Under the pieces are notes generated by a model that saw only the letters and a program-made list of their open reading frames with translations, searched no databases and was not told where the DNA came from. A program made the position numbers and the translations under genes. From positions 1 to 64,000 of IMG/VR virus record IMGVR_UViG_2799113255_000001: a DNA stretch of 64,000 nucleotides. The stretch is one strand, 5' to 3'. This DNA is from a virus. Its lineage: Duplodnaviria; Caudoviricetes. Positions 39,747 through 50,368 of this stretch are shown here, piece after piece; position 1 is the first letter of the stretch; every line of letters begins with the position of its first letter.

Positions 39747-41422
39747 GCGTACACCACCCCTCCCTGTCCAGAGTTGTTGTTGCCCATAAGGAATTCCTGT
39801 CTGCAACCGAAAGCCAGAACTGCACAAACAGCGGCGTCGATCTTGCGCTTTGAGTCTTTAGTGGCCTTGCGGATCGCTATGGCGTCGTACGTCGTCGGAA
39901 ACCGCTTGGCGTTCAACACATGCGCTCGAAGAACTGGATCTCCGTCGTGGACTACCTCTCGTTCGATAACTGCGTCTAGGAACCGCTCGCAATCAAGCGC
40001 GAACTTCTTTTGGTTCCCGCGCATGTCAAAGGCGACAGGGTTGTTCGGAGATGCGTTGACTTTCAGCCGGTCCTTGAAATCGCGGCCCCACAGGTCGACG
40101 TACGCCTCGAACTCCTTGACGTCAGCCCTGAAACCGACTACGTCGTAAGCCTCGAAACACGACCGGACAGTTGCATCTACCTGATCTCGGGGGACTTCCT
40201 CTCCTGGGAACTTCAGCGGGTTCCACGCGTTGATCAAGAACAACATCCCGTCGTGTACCCGACAAGCAACCAACGCCGTCCAGTCGTTCGACTTAGATCC
40301 GTCGAACCCCAACGTGATTCGATCGCCTTTGTTGAGTTTGTACAACGGGTCGTACATCGCCAACCGGTCCCACTGCGTAGGCGCTATCCACGCGTCCTCT
40401 GCTGCGTTGACCTGGTTTAGAAACTTTCGGCGGGACTCTGTGATCGGGTTCTTGACGTCTAGGATCGACTTGACGATTTCATCGACGGGGAGCCAATACG
40501 AATCACCACGCGCTACCTCCACACCCTGGCGTAGCTTTTCTACGCCAGCTGCGAAGCCCTCGGGGTCTTCCTTCTCGGAAGGGATCTCGGATACCGGTGT
40601 ATCCGGGGGTGCTTCTAAAGCGTCGTAGAGAAGCCCTGTATCTACCGCCGAACCTTGTTCGATCGCGGCCCATGTGTCGTACACACGCTCGGCTACGGAG
40701 TCGTTTCCGGGGATGTGGGCGTTGCAGATAGCCAACTTCCGAGAACCCGGTATCTTGGTCACGTTGCCTTCGATCACCGCGTCCATCGCGTGACCGTCGT
40801 TTACTTCACCCGACGGTCCCGAACCCCACCACTGTATTTCGTTCTCAATGACGAACGTGGGTCGGTTGCCCTCCATGGACGCGGGCGACGAAGTCGCGGC
40901 GCTGATCTGGCCACCGATCTCCGAGTAGATGACGAACTTGTTGACATCTAGCCCGTAGGTCTTTCGCAGCCTGTTCGAGATCATTACGGGGAACAGCGAA
41001 AAGGTGTTCTTCGTCTGATCTTGGCTGACCGCCGCAACCGTGATCCACGCAGCGTGCCGGGGTTTACCTACCGGATTATCGTTCTCGTCAAAGTCTGAAA
41101 ACGCAACGGGGCCACACAGTTCTACGAGCGCCAGGGCCGCTACCAGCGGGTCCTTTCCTGCGCCCTTCATCCTGCGGAAGCAACCTTCTCGGTATACGTA
41201 TTGCCCTGCTTCGTCTACCGCATACCACCAGAGAAGGAACCGAGCCTGCTCTAGCGTGGGTATGAATGGTCCAGCCCCTGCGGGGGAGTTGACGTACTCA
41301 TACAGCCAATTGATAACGCCCCACCCGAGAGTCTTCTCGGGTAGATGCCAACCGCCGTCCACCGTCTTCTGCCAAACAGGTCCGATGATGTGTGGGGGAG
41401 TCGGAGCAAGCTCTACGGTCAC
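39743..41422 (-). CDS. Terminase large subunit
   Basis: RRMKGAGKD Walker A, GFDGS, RKIDAAV. Confidence 0.95.
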   Translation of the reverse strand: MTVELAPTPPHIIGPVWQKTVDGGWHLPEKTLGWGVINWLYEYVNSPAGAGPFIPTLEQARFLLWWYAVDEAGQYVYREGCFRRMKGAGKDPLVAALALVELCGPVAFSDFDENDNPVGKPRHAAWITVAAVSQDQTKNTFSLFPVMISNRLRKTYGLDVNKFVIYSEIGGQISAATSSPASMEGNRPTFVIENEIQWWGSGPSGEVNDGHAMDAVIEGNVTKIPGSRKLAICNAHIPGNDSVAERVYDTWAAIEQGSAVDTGLLYDALEAPPDTPVSEIPSEKEDPEGFAAGVEKLRQGVEVARGDSYWLPVDEIVKSILDVKNPITESRRKFLNQVNAAEDAWIAPTQWDRLAMYDPLYKLNKGDRITLGFDGSKSNDWTALVACRVHDGMLFLINAWNPLKFPGEEVPRDQVDATVRSCFEAYDVVGFRADVKEFEAYVDLWGRDFKDRLKVNASPNNPVAFDMRGNQKKFALDCERFLDAVIEREVVHDGDPVLRAHVLNAKRFPTTYDAIAIRKATKDSKRKIDAAVCAVLAFGCRQEFLMGNNNSGQGGVVYA

Positions 41423-41439
41423 TCCGACCCCCTCTCTCT

Positions 41440-42402
41440 TTAGATGTCTCTCAAGAACCTCACGGCGGGTTCCCAGTTGTAGTTGTGCGGGTTCAGGTTC
41501 GAGAAGAACGTCAGGGCGTCGATCATGGCTTGAGCCATAGCGAGACCTTCCTGAAGTGGACGCTGACCCAGCTCAATCAACTGGTGCACAATCGAATCCG
41601 GGCCGTCAAACCAGTCCGTCGCCTTGAAGACGATCTTGCAGATAGCACGCTTGTACTCGTCTTTGTCGTTGTCGAAGTTGCACGCGTACATGTCTTTACG
41701 GTGTGCGTAGTCCCGCACCTCGAACGGTGCGTCTTCCAGACCCTCCAACAGGTCCCACGCCACAATGCCGTGCGACTCCGGTGGGGCTATCTCGTAGATC
41801 CACTCATCAAAGTGCGCGATGCCCTTCTGGCGCATCGGGTTACCCCAGAAGACAACCTTCTGTACATCGCCAAGACGGTGATGCAGAGAGCCGTTCGGGT
41901 CCATGATCTCGTGCTTGAGAACCATCGCCACCGCAACCGCGCCTTGGGAATACCCGGCTAGGTTGATCTTCCCCGGCTTGGAGTTGATCTGTAGCACCAA
42001 TTCGTTGTACGCCTGCATGATCGAAGGCCACATCGGGAATGCCGACGCGGAGTAGTTACCGATCGGCTGCCACCGGTAGAGGTCCGAGACCTCCCGAGCG
42101 ACGTCGGCGGGGATACCCGGACCCAGCGGGTCGGGCTGGCCTGTGCCGTGGACGGTGAACAGCCACGGCTTCTCTACAACCGCGATTCCCAGGGCTCTAA
42201 GGTCGTCGTCGGACACGATTCCGTCGATAGGTTGCCCGGTACGGCGTTCGTATTCCCACTGCCACGTACGGGCCCTGGGGCCGTATTCGTCGGTGTCCTG
42301 GGGTAGTTCGCCGCACGTACGGGCGTACCCCGCGAACCGCTTGACCATGACCCGTCGCCACTCACGAACCGTTTCGTTGCGGTCCCCGAGGCTAATTGGC
42401 AT
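41440..42402 (-). CDS. Lysin B (cutinase-like esterase)
   Basis: N-terminal PG-binding-like domain; GYSQG nucleophile motif; GNPMR. Confidence 0.92.
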   Translation of the reverse strand: MPISLGDRNETVREWRRVMVKRFAGYARTCGELPQDTDEYGPRARTWQWEYERRTGQPIDGIVSDDDLRALGIAVVEKPWLFTVHGTGQPDPLGPGIPADVAREVSDLYRWQPIGNYSASAFPMWPSIMQAYNELVLQINSKPGKINLAGYSQGAVAVAMVLKHEIMDPNGSLHHRLGDVQKVVFWGNPMRQKGIAHFDEWIYEIAPPESHGIVAWDLLEGLEDAPFEVRDYAHRKDMYACNFDNDKDEYKRAICKIVFKATDWFDGPDSIVHQLIELGQRPLQEGLAMAQAMIDALTFFSNLNPHNYNWEPAVRFLRDI

Positions 42403-43810
42403 TGTGCTCGTCCAGCCACTTAGTAGCGGCTGCAAATGCGTCTTCGTCTACCTTGGCTAGAATCGCCTTGGCCAGCTTGGAATCGGCCTCACGTCCGGGC
42501 TCGTCCGTTTCAGATACCGCCAGCAAAAGGGCGACCGCCTGGGGGTCGCCATAGTCGACGGCCAACTTCTCTACGAGCATCACGTGCACGTTTCCGTCTG
42601 CGGTCCAGGCGAACCCGGCGCAGGTGTTGACTTCCTTCTCGTACGGCCACCGGAGCGGGCTCAACGACTTACGTCTGATCTCTGCGACCTGACGAAGCAG
42701 GTTCCGGTCTTCTTCGGTGAACATGTCGTCCTCTTCGGCGGAAAGTAGTTGTAGAAGCGCGTCGCCTTGAAGTAGGGCGCGGCTGTACCGGTCGCGGCGG
42801 TCGGTTAGGCCGTTGGTCCCACCGTTGATTCGCAGCGTTACCGTGTACAGGTCGCCTTTGTCCGACAACGCGTTGATGTCCGGGCGGGCTACCGTCCAGT
42901 ACCACGCAGCGCCGAGACCGGCCCATTGCAGGTCGGCTAGCTCGCGGGGGTTGTCTACGAAATAGGTCGGACTGACGACCAATTTCTTGTTGAAACACCA
43001 CTGCGAGAACTGCGCGTAGTTCGACTCCCACGTGATCTGAATCCACGTACGACCCTTGTACTTCCACCGGTCGGTGGACTCGTCGCCGTTGTCGTATTCC
43101 TCGGTAGCGTTGAAGCCGTCCGATTCGTGGCCGATCTGCGCCAGCCACATAGCGATACGGTTTACGTTCGTGCAAGAAGCCGCTTGCAACCCTTCACGAA
43201 CCGGGCCGAGAATTTCAGTAGCTCTACCAACGCTGAGACCAGTGGCCGCTGCAAGGACGTTGACAGCACTCGGAGTAGCACTCTGAGATCCACGCCGGAA
43301 AGTAGAAAAGCCATCTGCCCGTATCTTTCTGGCGATGAAGTCTGCGGTGTGCGGGTTCTGGTAGGTGTTGATGTTCCCACCGTTGGCTAGGCTCGCTAGC
43401 TGGAAGTGCATCGCGTCTTTGGGGTTTGACCAGTCATTGCCAAAGAAGACGGTGCCTTCGTAGAAGTCCTGGATCTCCCGGATGGTCGCCAGTTGAGCCG
43501 CATTCCAGCCCGCATTAGGCACCTGGAAGGGGTGTGAGTTCCAGTTGTAGTCGAATGCGGTACCACTTAGGTGGTTGGACGTGCCGACGGAGTTCGCAGC
43601 GGTCCAAGAAGCCGAGTCGGCGTCTCGCATGGGTTCGACGTAGGCGTTCAAGTCCGCTGCGAACGCTCGAAGTATCGCCAGCGGTTGCCCACTCTGGATT
43701 TGCAGGGTGCAGCTTGTACCGGGGATGTTGACCCATTCACACGAACCTTGGTCGACCATCGGCCAGCCGTTGGAGCTGTAGTCGTACCCGTAGACCGTGC
43801 GGCGTGCCAT
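42392..43810 (-). CDS. Lysin A (M15 peptidase + GH19)
   Basis: SNHLSGTAFD..DAMH; AQIGHES..YKGRTWIQITW..INGG. Confidence 0.93.
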   Translation of the reverse strand: MARRTVYGYDYSSNGWPMVDQGSCEWVNIPGTSCTLQIQSGQPLAILRAFAADLNAYVEPMRDADSASWTAANSVGTSNHLSGTAFDYNWNSHPFQVPNAGWNAAQLATIREIQDFYEGTVFFGNDWSNPKDAMHFQLASLANGGNINTYQNPHTADFIARKIRADGFSTFRRGSQSATPSAVNVLAAATGLSVGRATEILGPVREGLQAASCTNVNRIAMWLAQIGHESDGFNATEEYDNGDESTDRWKYKGRTWIQITWESNYAQFSQWCFNKKLVVSPTYFVDNPRELADLQWAGLGAAWYWTVARPDINALSDKGDLYTVTLRINGGTNGLTDRRDRYSRALLQGDALLQLLSAEEDDMFTEEDRNLLRQVAEIRRKSLSPLRWPYEKEVNTCAGFAWTADGNVHVMLVEKLAVDYGDPQAVALLLAVSETDEPGREADSKLAKAILAKVDEDAFAAATKWLDEHNAN

Positions 43811-43817
43811 GTGACTC

Positions 43818-44072
43818 CTACTTCAGGAACTTGAAAATCAGGTCGAATCCGGGGAGGGCTTTCTGAAGGGCTTTGGCGAATCGGGCTGCCAGGGTGTCGA
43901 AGATCTTGTCGTCCAGCTGTCCCGGCACCCAGTCCGTGAACGCGTCTACCGCCGAAGGAATCTCCGCGATGACATACCCGGAGACCTTCTTGGCGAAGTC
44001 TTCTACTAATTCGGGGTGCTTCTTTATGTAGTCGAACAGAGCTGTAACGAACAGCGACATAAGGTAATTCAT
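43818..44072 (-). CDS. Small protein upstream of lysin A
   Basis: GAGG RBS; PGQLDDKI motif. Confidence 0.7.
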   Translation of the reverse strand: MNYLMSLFVTALFDYIKKHPELVEDFAKKVSGYVIAEIPSAVDAFTDWVPGQLDDKIFDTLAARFAKALQKALPGFDLIFKFLK

Positions 44073-44226
44073 GTTTTCCTCTCTTGGTATCCCCGAAGGG
44101 GGTGTGGGTGCGCTGTCGCATGTACCACCCACACCCGACCGGCTGTCGGGTCTAGGACCGGAGGGCCGATACGTTCCCTTGGGATTGGCGCGGGGGCTCC
44201 CCTCTGATAGGGGACCGCCCGCATAG

Positions 44227-44311
44227 CGGAAGGCAGAGGTGTCGAACCCCCAGAATGGTTACTGTCTGCCGGTTTTCAAGACCGGGTGCCCCAGCCGGGG
44301 GCATACCTTCC
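44227..44311 (-). tRNA. tRNA-Ser(UGA), long variable arm, no encoded CCA
   Basis: GGAAGGT(A)/(T)GCCTTCC acceptor, CCGGT-CTTGAAA-ACCGG anticodon arm, TTCGACA T-loop, G discriminator. Confidence 0.9.
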
Positions 44312-44388
44312 AGCTGTCCAGAGAACCCCGCCCGCGTCATGGCTCCGAGGCCAGAGAGGCGGTTCGCGGGGACTTCTGGTGTATTCAG

Positions 44389-46665
44389 TTATTCGTGGTG
44401 TCTCAGAGCCGGATCGAAAGGTTGTTCCACGGTCGTGGTACCTGGGTATAGGTACTCACAGATGCGGATCTGGATCTTCGATTCGATTGCCACGCCGTTT
44501 GATTGGACGTTCTCCATACCTGCGAACACCGCACCGGATACCGGCTCGTAGTAGCACGTGCAGTTGTACCCCGACACAGATCCGGCGTGACCGAACCAGT
44601 TTGCGATGTTGAAATACGCAGGGCCGTAACCGTAGTAAGACGGACCTTCGTACGGCCATACGTCCGACGAGTACACGGCGATGTTCTCGCGGAACGCGTG
44701 CATCTCGGGGCTTATACCCCATCCGTCGCGCATAGCCTGACCCCAGCGCTGTATGTTATCGATGGTTGACACCAAAGCCCCTGCGGACCCGACATACTCG
44801 GGATTGACCGCAGTCCAGTCTTGTAACCCGAAGATTCCCGGACCAAGCCCGCGACTGTAGGGTTCCGGCATATTCGGGCTATCTGGCCAAGATGTCTCGG
44901 TCAGCCCTAACGGAATCCAGATGTCTTCCTTGAAGATGTCTCTACACCGTCGACCGGTGGCGGCTTCGAGGATCTGACCTAACACGATCATTCCCGAGTT
45001 GTGGTACGCGAAGTTCGTTCCAGCGGGCCAAGTAACCGGGTGGCTCTTGATGATGTTCATCTGTGTAGCCACGGTGACCGGGAACGTGGGAAACAGGAGC
45101 ATGAAGACCCCGTAGGGGAACATGCCGATGCTTCCGGCCTGGAACTCAAACAACCCGTCGCGCATACCCAGAAGGTGCCGGATCTTGATGTTGTTTCCGT
45201 CCGGCATACCCGGTATCCACTTCTCTAGAGTGTCATCGAGAGAAAGGACGCCTTTGTCTACCTGCATCAGGATCGCTGTTCCGGTAAACGATTTGGTCAA
45301 GCTGCCGATACGGAAATGGTGGTTGAGCGACAACGGATACGAAGTGATGCCCGGTGACGCCGGGGACACCCCGTACGCTTTGGTGTAGCTGCCCTTGGGG
45401 CCGCTGATCGAAATCATCACGCCCGGTTGACCGTCTTCGGCCATACAGGTCGCCACGATGTTGTCGATCGCTGTCCGATCCTCCAACGACAACGCACCGT
45501 CTGTGAGAGTTCTGGTGGTTACCGCGTCGTACGGGGACGACTCAGCGCTACCCGAAACTGCTGTAGCCGTGAGGGTGTACGTCGAGTTGGGGTCTAGCCC
45601 AGCGAATGTGTAGGCAGGTGAGCCCTGGGGCGTGGGTGTGACCTTCACGCCGTTTTTGTAGAAGTTGTATCCGGTGACCGTTCCGGCGTCGGGTGGAAGC
45701 CCGTTGACCTGAACCTTGATTACCGTCTGGGTGACCTCGGTGACCGCGACGCTTACTCGGTGGTACTCGATACTTTCGGCGGTCCACTCGATTTTGGTGA
45801 ACCCGTCGCCGCCTTTACCAGCTGTCGCCACGGTGTTTCCGGCTCCCGCGCCTCCACCACCGCCGCCGAACATGCCGCCGTCTGCGCCGTTGCCTCCGGG
45901 GGCGAACCAGGCTCCAGCTCCACCGCCACCGCCAGCTCCCGCGTTGGGGATGATGGAGTTCGGGGGCTTGACTCCGGGTTTGACCGAGTCGGTTCCGCCA
46001 GCTCCACCGGTAACGGTGGTTGAGTTACCGCCCTTACCGCCTGGGGTCTTGGTGGTGTCCGAGGTGTACGGTCCACCCGCACCGCCGCCCGCTCCCGCGT
46101 TGTTGGCGTTGTTCGCACCGGGGTTGGTTACCGTGCTGGTTGCGTCGCCACCGGGGGAGCCGGGGTACACGACGACACCGGACATGCCGGTGATCGAGTA
46201 CGAGCCGCCCGCGCCTCCTGGGATGGTGAAAGGGGTAGAACCGACTGTGGTTGCACCCGTTGAGCCCTTCTTGCCGCCTTTAGCGGTTAGATTGACCCCG
46301 CCGCTGGAGAATACGGAGTCGCCTCCGTCTCCCTTGCCGCCTTTACCCTGGACGACGCTGTACGTAGCGCCCATCTCGGTAACCGGCACCCACGTCCGAT
46401 CGATGCGGCCACCGCCGCCTCCACCTGAGTTGGCGGTCCAAAGTCCTGTAGCCCCTTCGCCACCCGCCCCGCCAGCTGCTTGGAGTGTTACCCACGCGCC
46501 GGTAGCACCGTACGGGACCGGGTAGTTGGTCCGTTCGATGTTGTTTTCGGTGATCGGTGTGAACGCGTTCCATACGTCGGTGGGACCGATGCTTACTTTT
46601 GTGGCTTCTGTTGCTCCCGAGGACAATTTGGAGACGTCTGATGCTCCGACAGAGATCCCCGCCAC
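44389..46665 (-). CDS. Virion protein: Gly-rich + FN3-like + beta-lactamase/D-Ala-D-Ala carboxypeptidase domain
   Basis: GSLTK (SxxK), YHN and HAG motifs. Confidence 0.88.
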   Translation of the reverse strand: MAGISVGASDVSKLSSGATEATKVSIGPTDVWNAFTPITENNIERTNYPVPYGATGAWVTLQAAGGAGGEGATGLWTANSGGGGGGRIDRTWVPVTEMGATYSVVQGKGGKGDGGDSVFSSGGVNLTAKGGKKGSTGATTVGSTPFTIPGGAGGSYSITGMSGVVVYPGSPGGDATSTVTNPGANNANNAGAGGGAGGPYTSDTTKTPGGKGGNSTTVTGGAGGTDSVKPGVKPPNSIIPNAGAGGGGGAGAWFAPGGNGADGGMFGGGGGGAGAGNTVATAGKGGDGFTKIEWTAESIEYHRVSVAVTEVTQTVIKVQVNGLPPDAGTVTGYNFYKNGVKVTPTPQGSPAYTFAGLDPNSTYTLTATAVSGSAESSPYDAVTTRTLTDGALSLEDRTAIDNIVATCMAEDGQPGVMISISGPKGSYTKAYGVSPASPGITSYPLSLNHHFRIGSLTKSFTGTAILMQVDKGVLSLDDTLEKWIPGMPDGNNIKIRHLLGMRDGLFEFQAGSIGMFPYGVFMLLFPTFPVTVATQMNIIKSHPVTWPAGTNFAYHNSGMIVLGQILEAATGRRCRDIFKEDIWIPLGLTETSWPDSPNMPEPYSRGLGPGIFGLQDWTAVNPEYVGSAGALVSTIDNIQRWGQAMRDGWGISPEMHAFRENIAVYSSDVWPYEGPSYYGYGPAYFNIANWFGHAGSVSGYNCTCYYEPVSGAVFAGMENVQSNGVAIESKIQIRICEYLYPGTTTVEQPFDPALRHHE

Positions 46666-47222
46666 TACGGAGTCCTTACATAGACCGTCGTCGGATCTTT
46701 AGTGGTGATCGCTGTGTACTGCGCTTCGGTGCCCACCCACAAGGTGAGAGCGAGAGGACCGGCGTTGTTGGCACCTACGACGACAGCGGGTTTCCCGGTG
46801 ATGTCGGCCCAGGCGCTCGCCCCGGCAGGACCGGTGGGTCCTGCGGGTCCGGTTAGACCTGTGTCGCCCTTAGGGCCGGTCGGCCCGGCTGGGCCTATGT
46901 CGCCTTGCGGGCCTTTGATAGGAGCCTCGAACCAGGAAGATCCGTTGGATACGTAGAACTTTCCGGTATCCGCTACACCCCACACCTGGTTGGTATGTGA
47001 GCTAGCAGCGGGCAGTGACGCCAGGTTGGCTGCGGTGCCGTCGATAGACAGCCCGTCGCCCTTGGGGCCGGTAGGTCCAGTCGGTCCCGTGGGTCCGGTA
47101 GGACCGGCAGGACCTACGGGGCCGAGCGGTCCAGCGGGTCCGGGCGGGCCGGTTAGACCTGGAGATCCGGGGATAGAAAGCAGGCGTTCCCGGTAATTGT
47201 GTGGTTCGCCGATAACGCCCAT
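46665..47222 (-). CDS. Collagen-like fibre protein 2
   Basis: Gly-Pro-X repeats; C-terminal WVGTEAQY domain. Confidence 0.88.
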   Translation of the reverse strand: MGVIGEPHNYRERLLSIPGSPGLTGPPGPAGPLGPVGPAGPTGPTGPTGPTGPKGDGLSIDGTAANLASLPAASSHTNQVWGVADTGKFYVSNGSSWFEAPIKGPQGDIGPAGPTGPKGDTGLTGPAGPTGPAGASAWADITGKPAVVVGANNAGPLALTLWVGTEAQYTAITTKDPTTVYVRTP

Positions 47223-47237
47223 GCGGTAATCCCTTAG

Positions 47238-47945
47238 TCAGTTCTTGATTTCCACGGTTGCGGCTGCGTACGCCCAACCCGACGATCCGTCTGGCTGCGT
47301 AACGGCTCCATCCGTGGTGGTTGAATCCTTGGTATTCAGTAGGAGTGATCGGGAGCTTGACGGCCCTGCTACCGCTCGACGGGTGTATCCCGCTGGTGCA
47401 GAACTCCATCCGCTGCCGTTCAGGAAGGCGGAAGAGTGGAAATGCAGGATTATCGAAGTACCGTCTGTATGGTCGAGCGTGATGGCGGGTGCGGCGATGT
47501 TCACACCCTGACCGCCTACCGATGCGTGTCCACCGATCGGAGTCGTTGCGTTTTGTCCGCGCAGGACTACCGCGATCATCTGCTCACCCCACGTCCACGA
47601 ACCCGAGGTCGTGTTGGTTGCGGTGGCCTTGAACTGCGCAGTGGTTATGCATGATTGACCGGAGGTGGTGTTGGCGTTATCGATGTACGCCCAATCCGGG
47701 ACGGTTCCGCCTGCCGTTGGCTTGGTCGGTGCTGTGTTCTGAGCGTCGAACGCGGCCAACACAATCAGGTCTCCTACCTGGTGCGCTGGTATCGTCACAG
47801 ATCCGCTCGTGCTGGCGTTAGCACCGATGAATTGAACCGGTGTAGACGCTGACCAAACCTGGTTGGTGCCCAAGTACACGCTGAGCACACTCGTAGTCCC
47901 AAGTTTGAGACCGGCCAGGGCGGTTGATCCGAGATAAACCGCCAC
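47238..47945 (-). CDS. Putative fibre-tip/receptor-binding protein
   Basis: N-terminal VYLG repeats; Thr/Ser-rich, beta-strand-like body. Confidence 0.75.
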   Translation of the reverse strand: MAVYLGSTALAGLKLGTTSVLSVYLGTNQVWSASTPVQFIGANASTSGSVTIPAHQVGDLIVLAAFDAQNTAPTKPTAGGTVPDWAYIDNANTTSGQSCITTAQFKATATNTTSGSWTWGEQMIAVVLRGQNATTPIGGHASVGGQGVNIAAPAITLDHTDGTSIILHFHSSAFLNGSGWSSAPAGYTRRAVAGPSSSRSLLLNTKDSTTTDGAVTQPDGSSGWAYAAATVEIKN

Positions 47946-47953
47946 CGGGCCTC

Positions 47954-49258
47954 CTACGTTGTGAAATACAGGGTGTTCGCGTCTTTCGAGCCGAGAGCGG
48001 TGTACTGGGCTGCCGTTCCCACCCAGACGGTTAGCGATGTGGTCGTGCCGTTGTTAGAGCCGACGACCTTTCCGGTTCCCAACTTCGACATAGCGATAGC
48101 CGCCGAGTTGTTGATGTCGGTGTCCGTGATCGTCCCGTCCGCGATCTGCGTCGTGGTGACCGCACCACTGGCGATCTTGGCGGTGGTGACAGAACCATCG
48201 GTGGGTGTCCGGGTGTCGGACAGCCGAGAGTCGTTACCGATACAGACGGTGGAACTGGTAGTGCCCGTTGGTATGCGAGCGATAGCGAGCGTGCCCGCGT
48301 TCACGTCCGAGGCGTTGTGCGTGTGCGCCGTAGGCGTGCGAGCATCCGAGAGCCTGGAATCGTTTCCTTGGCATGCGGTGCCAGCTGTTGATCCGTAAGA
48401 CACGGCGAAAGTCCGGTTTGCGGATAGGTCACCGCCACCGGTAAGACCTGTTCCGGCTGAAACCGTGGTGGTCTTATCGGCTTTCAGTCCTATGTTGGTC
48501 GATACCGTCGTCGCAAAGTTGGGATCGTCGCCTAGTGCCGCTGCGAGTTCGTTAAGAGTGTCCAGCGTTCCGGGGGAGCCGTCGACCAACGCGGATACGG
48601 CGTTAGATACCGCCGTGTTGAGCGCTGCGGTGGTCACCTCTCCGGGAGGTCCCTGTGGGCCTACGTCTCCGGTGTCACCTTTGGGACCGGTCGGGCCGGT
48701 GTCCCCGGTATCTCCCTTGACACCTTGAGGACCCTGGTCGCCGGTATCACCCTTCGGACCCACGGGTCCTTGGGCTCCGGTGTCGCCCTTATCCCCTTTG
48801 GGACCAGTCGCTCCCGTAGCCCCGGTTGCACCTGTTGCTCCGGTCGCTCCCTGCGGCCCTTGCGGACCAGTTGGTCCTACCGGGCCTTGGAAGGGGATAC
48901 CGTCGCCGTCCGCAGGCCAGCCAGATCCGTTCCAGAAGTACAGAAGACCGTCTGCGATCACCAAGTAGGTGTCGCCCGTCGCTGCCGACGCGGGTAGATC
49001 GGCGTACGTCGGTACAGAGCCCGAAAGCTCTATGCCGGTGCCGTCTGCTCCAGCGGGTCCGGTCGCGCCAGTTGGTCCTTGAAGACCTGTATCGCCTTTG
49101 TCACCTTTAGGGCCAGCTGGCCCTTGGATACCGGTCTCTCCGGGGATGCCTTGTAATCCGGTATCGCCTTTGTCGCCCTTAGGTCCCTGGGCTCCCGGTT
49201 GTCCGGGAGTAGACAGGATGCGATCACCGATGTCTCCGAGAACTGATTCTATGATCAT
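47954..49258 (-). CDS. Collagen-like fibre protein 1
   Basis: Gly-X-Y repeats, [25 protein letters not shown] repeats, C-terminal WVGTAAQY domain. Confidence 0.9.
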   Translation of the reverse strand: MIIESVLGDIGDRILSTPGQPGAQGPKGDKGDTGLQGIPGETGIQGPAGPKGDKGDTGLQGPTGATGPAGADGTGIELSGSVPTYADLPASAATGDTYLVIADGLLYFWNGSGWPADGDGIPFQGPVGPTGPQGPQGATGATGATGATGATGPKGDKGDTGAQGPVGPKGDTGDQGPQGVKGDTGDTGPTGPKGDTGDVGPQGPPGEVTTAALNTAVSNAVSALVDGSPGTLDTLNELAAALGDDPNFATTVSTNIGLKADKTTTVSAGTGLTGGGDLSANRTFAVSYGSTAGTACQGNDSRLSDARTPTAHTHNASDVNAGTLAIARIPTGTTSSTVCIGNDSRLSDTRTPTDGSVTTAKIASGAVTTTQIADGTITDTDINNSAAIAMSKLGTGKVVGSNNGTTTSLTVWVGTAAQYTALGSKDANTLYFTT

Positions 49259-50229
49259 CCGACTCTCGAAACCCTTCCGGCGTCTATACCTTCGCCGCCA
49301 GCGGGCTCACCGTCAGGCAGGAATACCAGCTGCCATAAGCAACGGTCCGCGATCTTGTCGGTCTCTTCCGATTCGACCTTGATGTGGGCCATCGAGCCTT
49401 CCAGCTCGAAATTCCAGATCGTTAACGGGTGCTTTCCGGGCTTGACGATGTCTACCTTGACGCTCTCGTACCCGTTCACCCCTGTAAGACCTGAGTCATC
49501 AACCGCCAGAGCGGGTTGTACGTCGTTTCCGAGCGCTCCGATGAACATCACCTGGTACGTGTGGGTCCAGTAGAAGTCCAAGTGGACGATGCTGAACACA
49601 CCGATAAGCGAGGCTACCGAGTTGAACAAGTTGACGATCATCGTTGACGTCACGTCGACGGCGAACGTGATCAACCCAACCTCGTCAAACGACTTGGTAG
49701 AGGTGATCTTCAGGACCAAGTTCAGGTTGTCGTGGATCGTGAAGTCGATATCGACGCCCAACAGATCCTCGAACGTGCCGAAAAAGCCGTTCAGTGTTGC
49801 GTTTACGGTGTTCACCAACTGCTCGGTAAGAACGTGACCGGCGTTGACGTTGAGATCTAGTTCCCACGTGGGGTACAGGCTGGAAGGCTGTACAAAGACG
49901 TTTCCAGCCCCGAGGGTAGGTAGGGCCTCCAGCGCGTCGGTGATGTCGCCAGAGAGGTTCTGGGGGTTCTCTACGACGTCGTTGTAGTCGATAGGGGCGG
50001 TCCACTGACCGCCGAAACCGAGCTTGTACGTACCGCCGTTGGCTCCGGTGACGGTGACCTTCTGGAGGGCGTTGTGCTCGCCTCCGGTCTGGAGTTCGAA
50101 GTACATTTGACCGGCTGGATAGTCGACCGGTTGCTTGTTCTCGTCCACCAGCTCGAAATTCCAGGCGAAATCCCTGCCCTTCCAAAGGACTAGCGTGCTG
50201 CCTTCTGGCCGTAGCCCGATATCGGACAT
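49255..50229 (-). CDS. Minor virion protein (L5 gp6-like)
   Basis: LVLWKGRDF and [10 protein letters not shown] motifs; position after TerS. Confidence 0.85.
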   Translation of the reverse strand: MSDIGLRPEGSTLVLWKGRDFAWNFELVDENKQPVDYPAGQMYFELQTGGEHNALQKVTVTGANGGTYKLGFGGQWTAPIDYNDVVENPQNLSGDITDALEALPTLGAGNVFVQPSSLYPTWELDLNVNAGHVLTEQLVNTVNATLNGFFGTFEDLLGVDIDFTIHDNLNLVLKITSTKSFDEVGLITFAVDVTSTMIVNLFNSVASLIGVFSIVHLDFYWTHTYQVMFIGALGNDVQPALAVDDSGLTGVNGYESVKVDIVKPGKHPLTIWNFELEGSMAHIKVESEETDKIADRCLWQLVFLPDGEPAGGEGIDAGRVSRVG

Positions 50230-50368
50230 GGATCTCCTTGAAAGTTGTTCCGGGGGAGCGGAGCCGGTAACGCCAACAGCGGAGCAGTTGGCTCGGAGGC
50301 ACCAACTTCGTTGGATGCCGTCGGGGCTCGCGGCGAGAGGAGGCCGAGACTGACGCTCCCCCGGTGGA

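Noticed and set aside
45716-46525. Long Pro-rich + strand ORFs (also 24419-24769)
   Set aside because: Antisense shadows of Gly-rich genes on the - strand
44389-46665. Beta-lactamase fold as an antibiotic-resistance gene
   Set aside because: Fused to virion-type domains in the structural operon with no signal peptide; better explained as a tail-associated peptidoglycan peptidase
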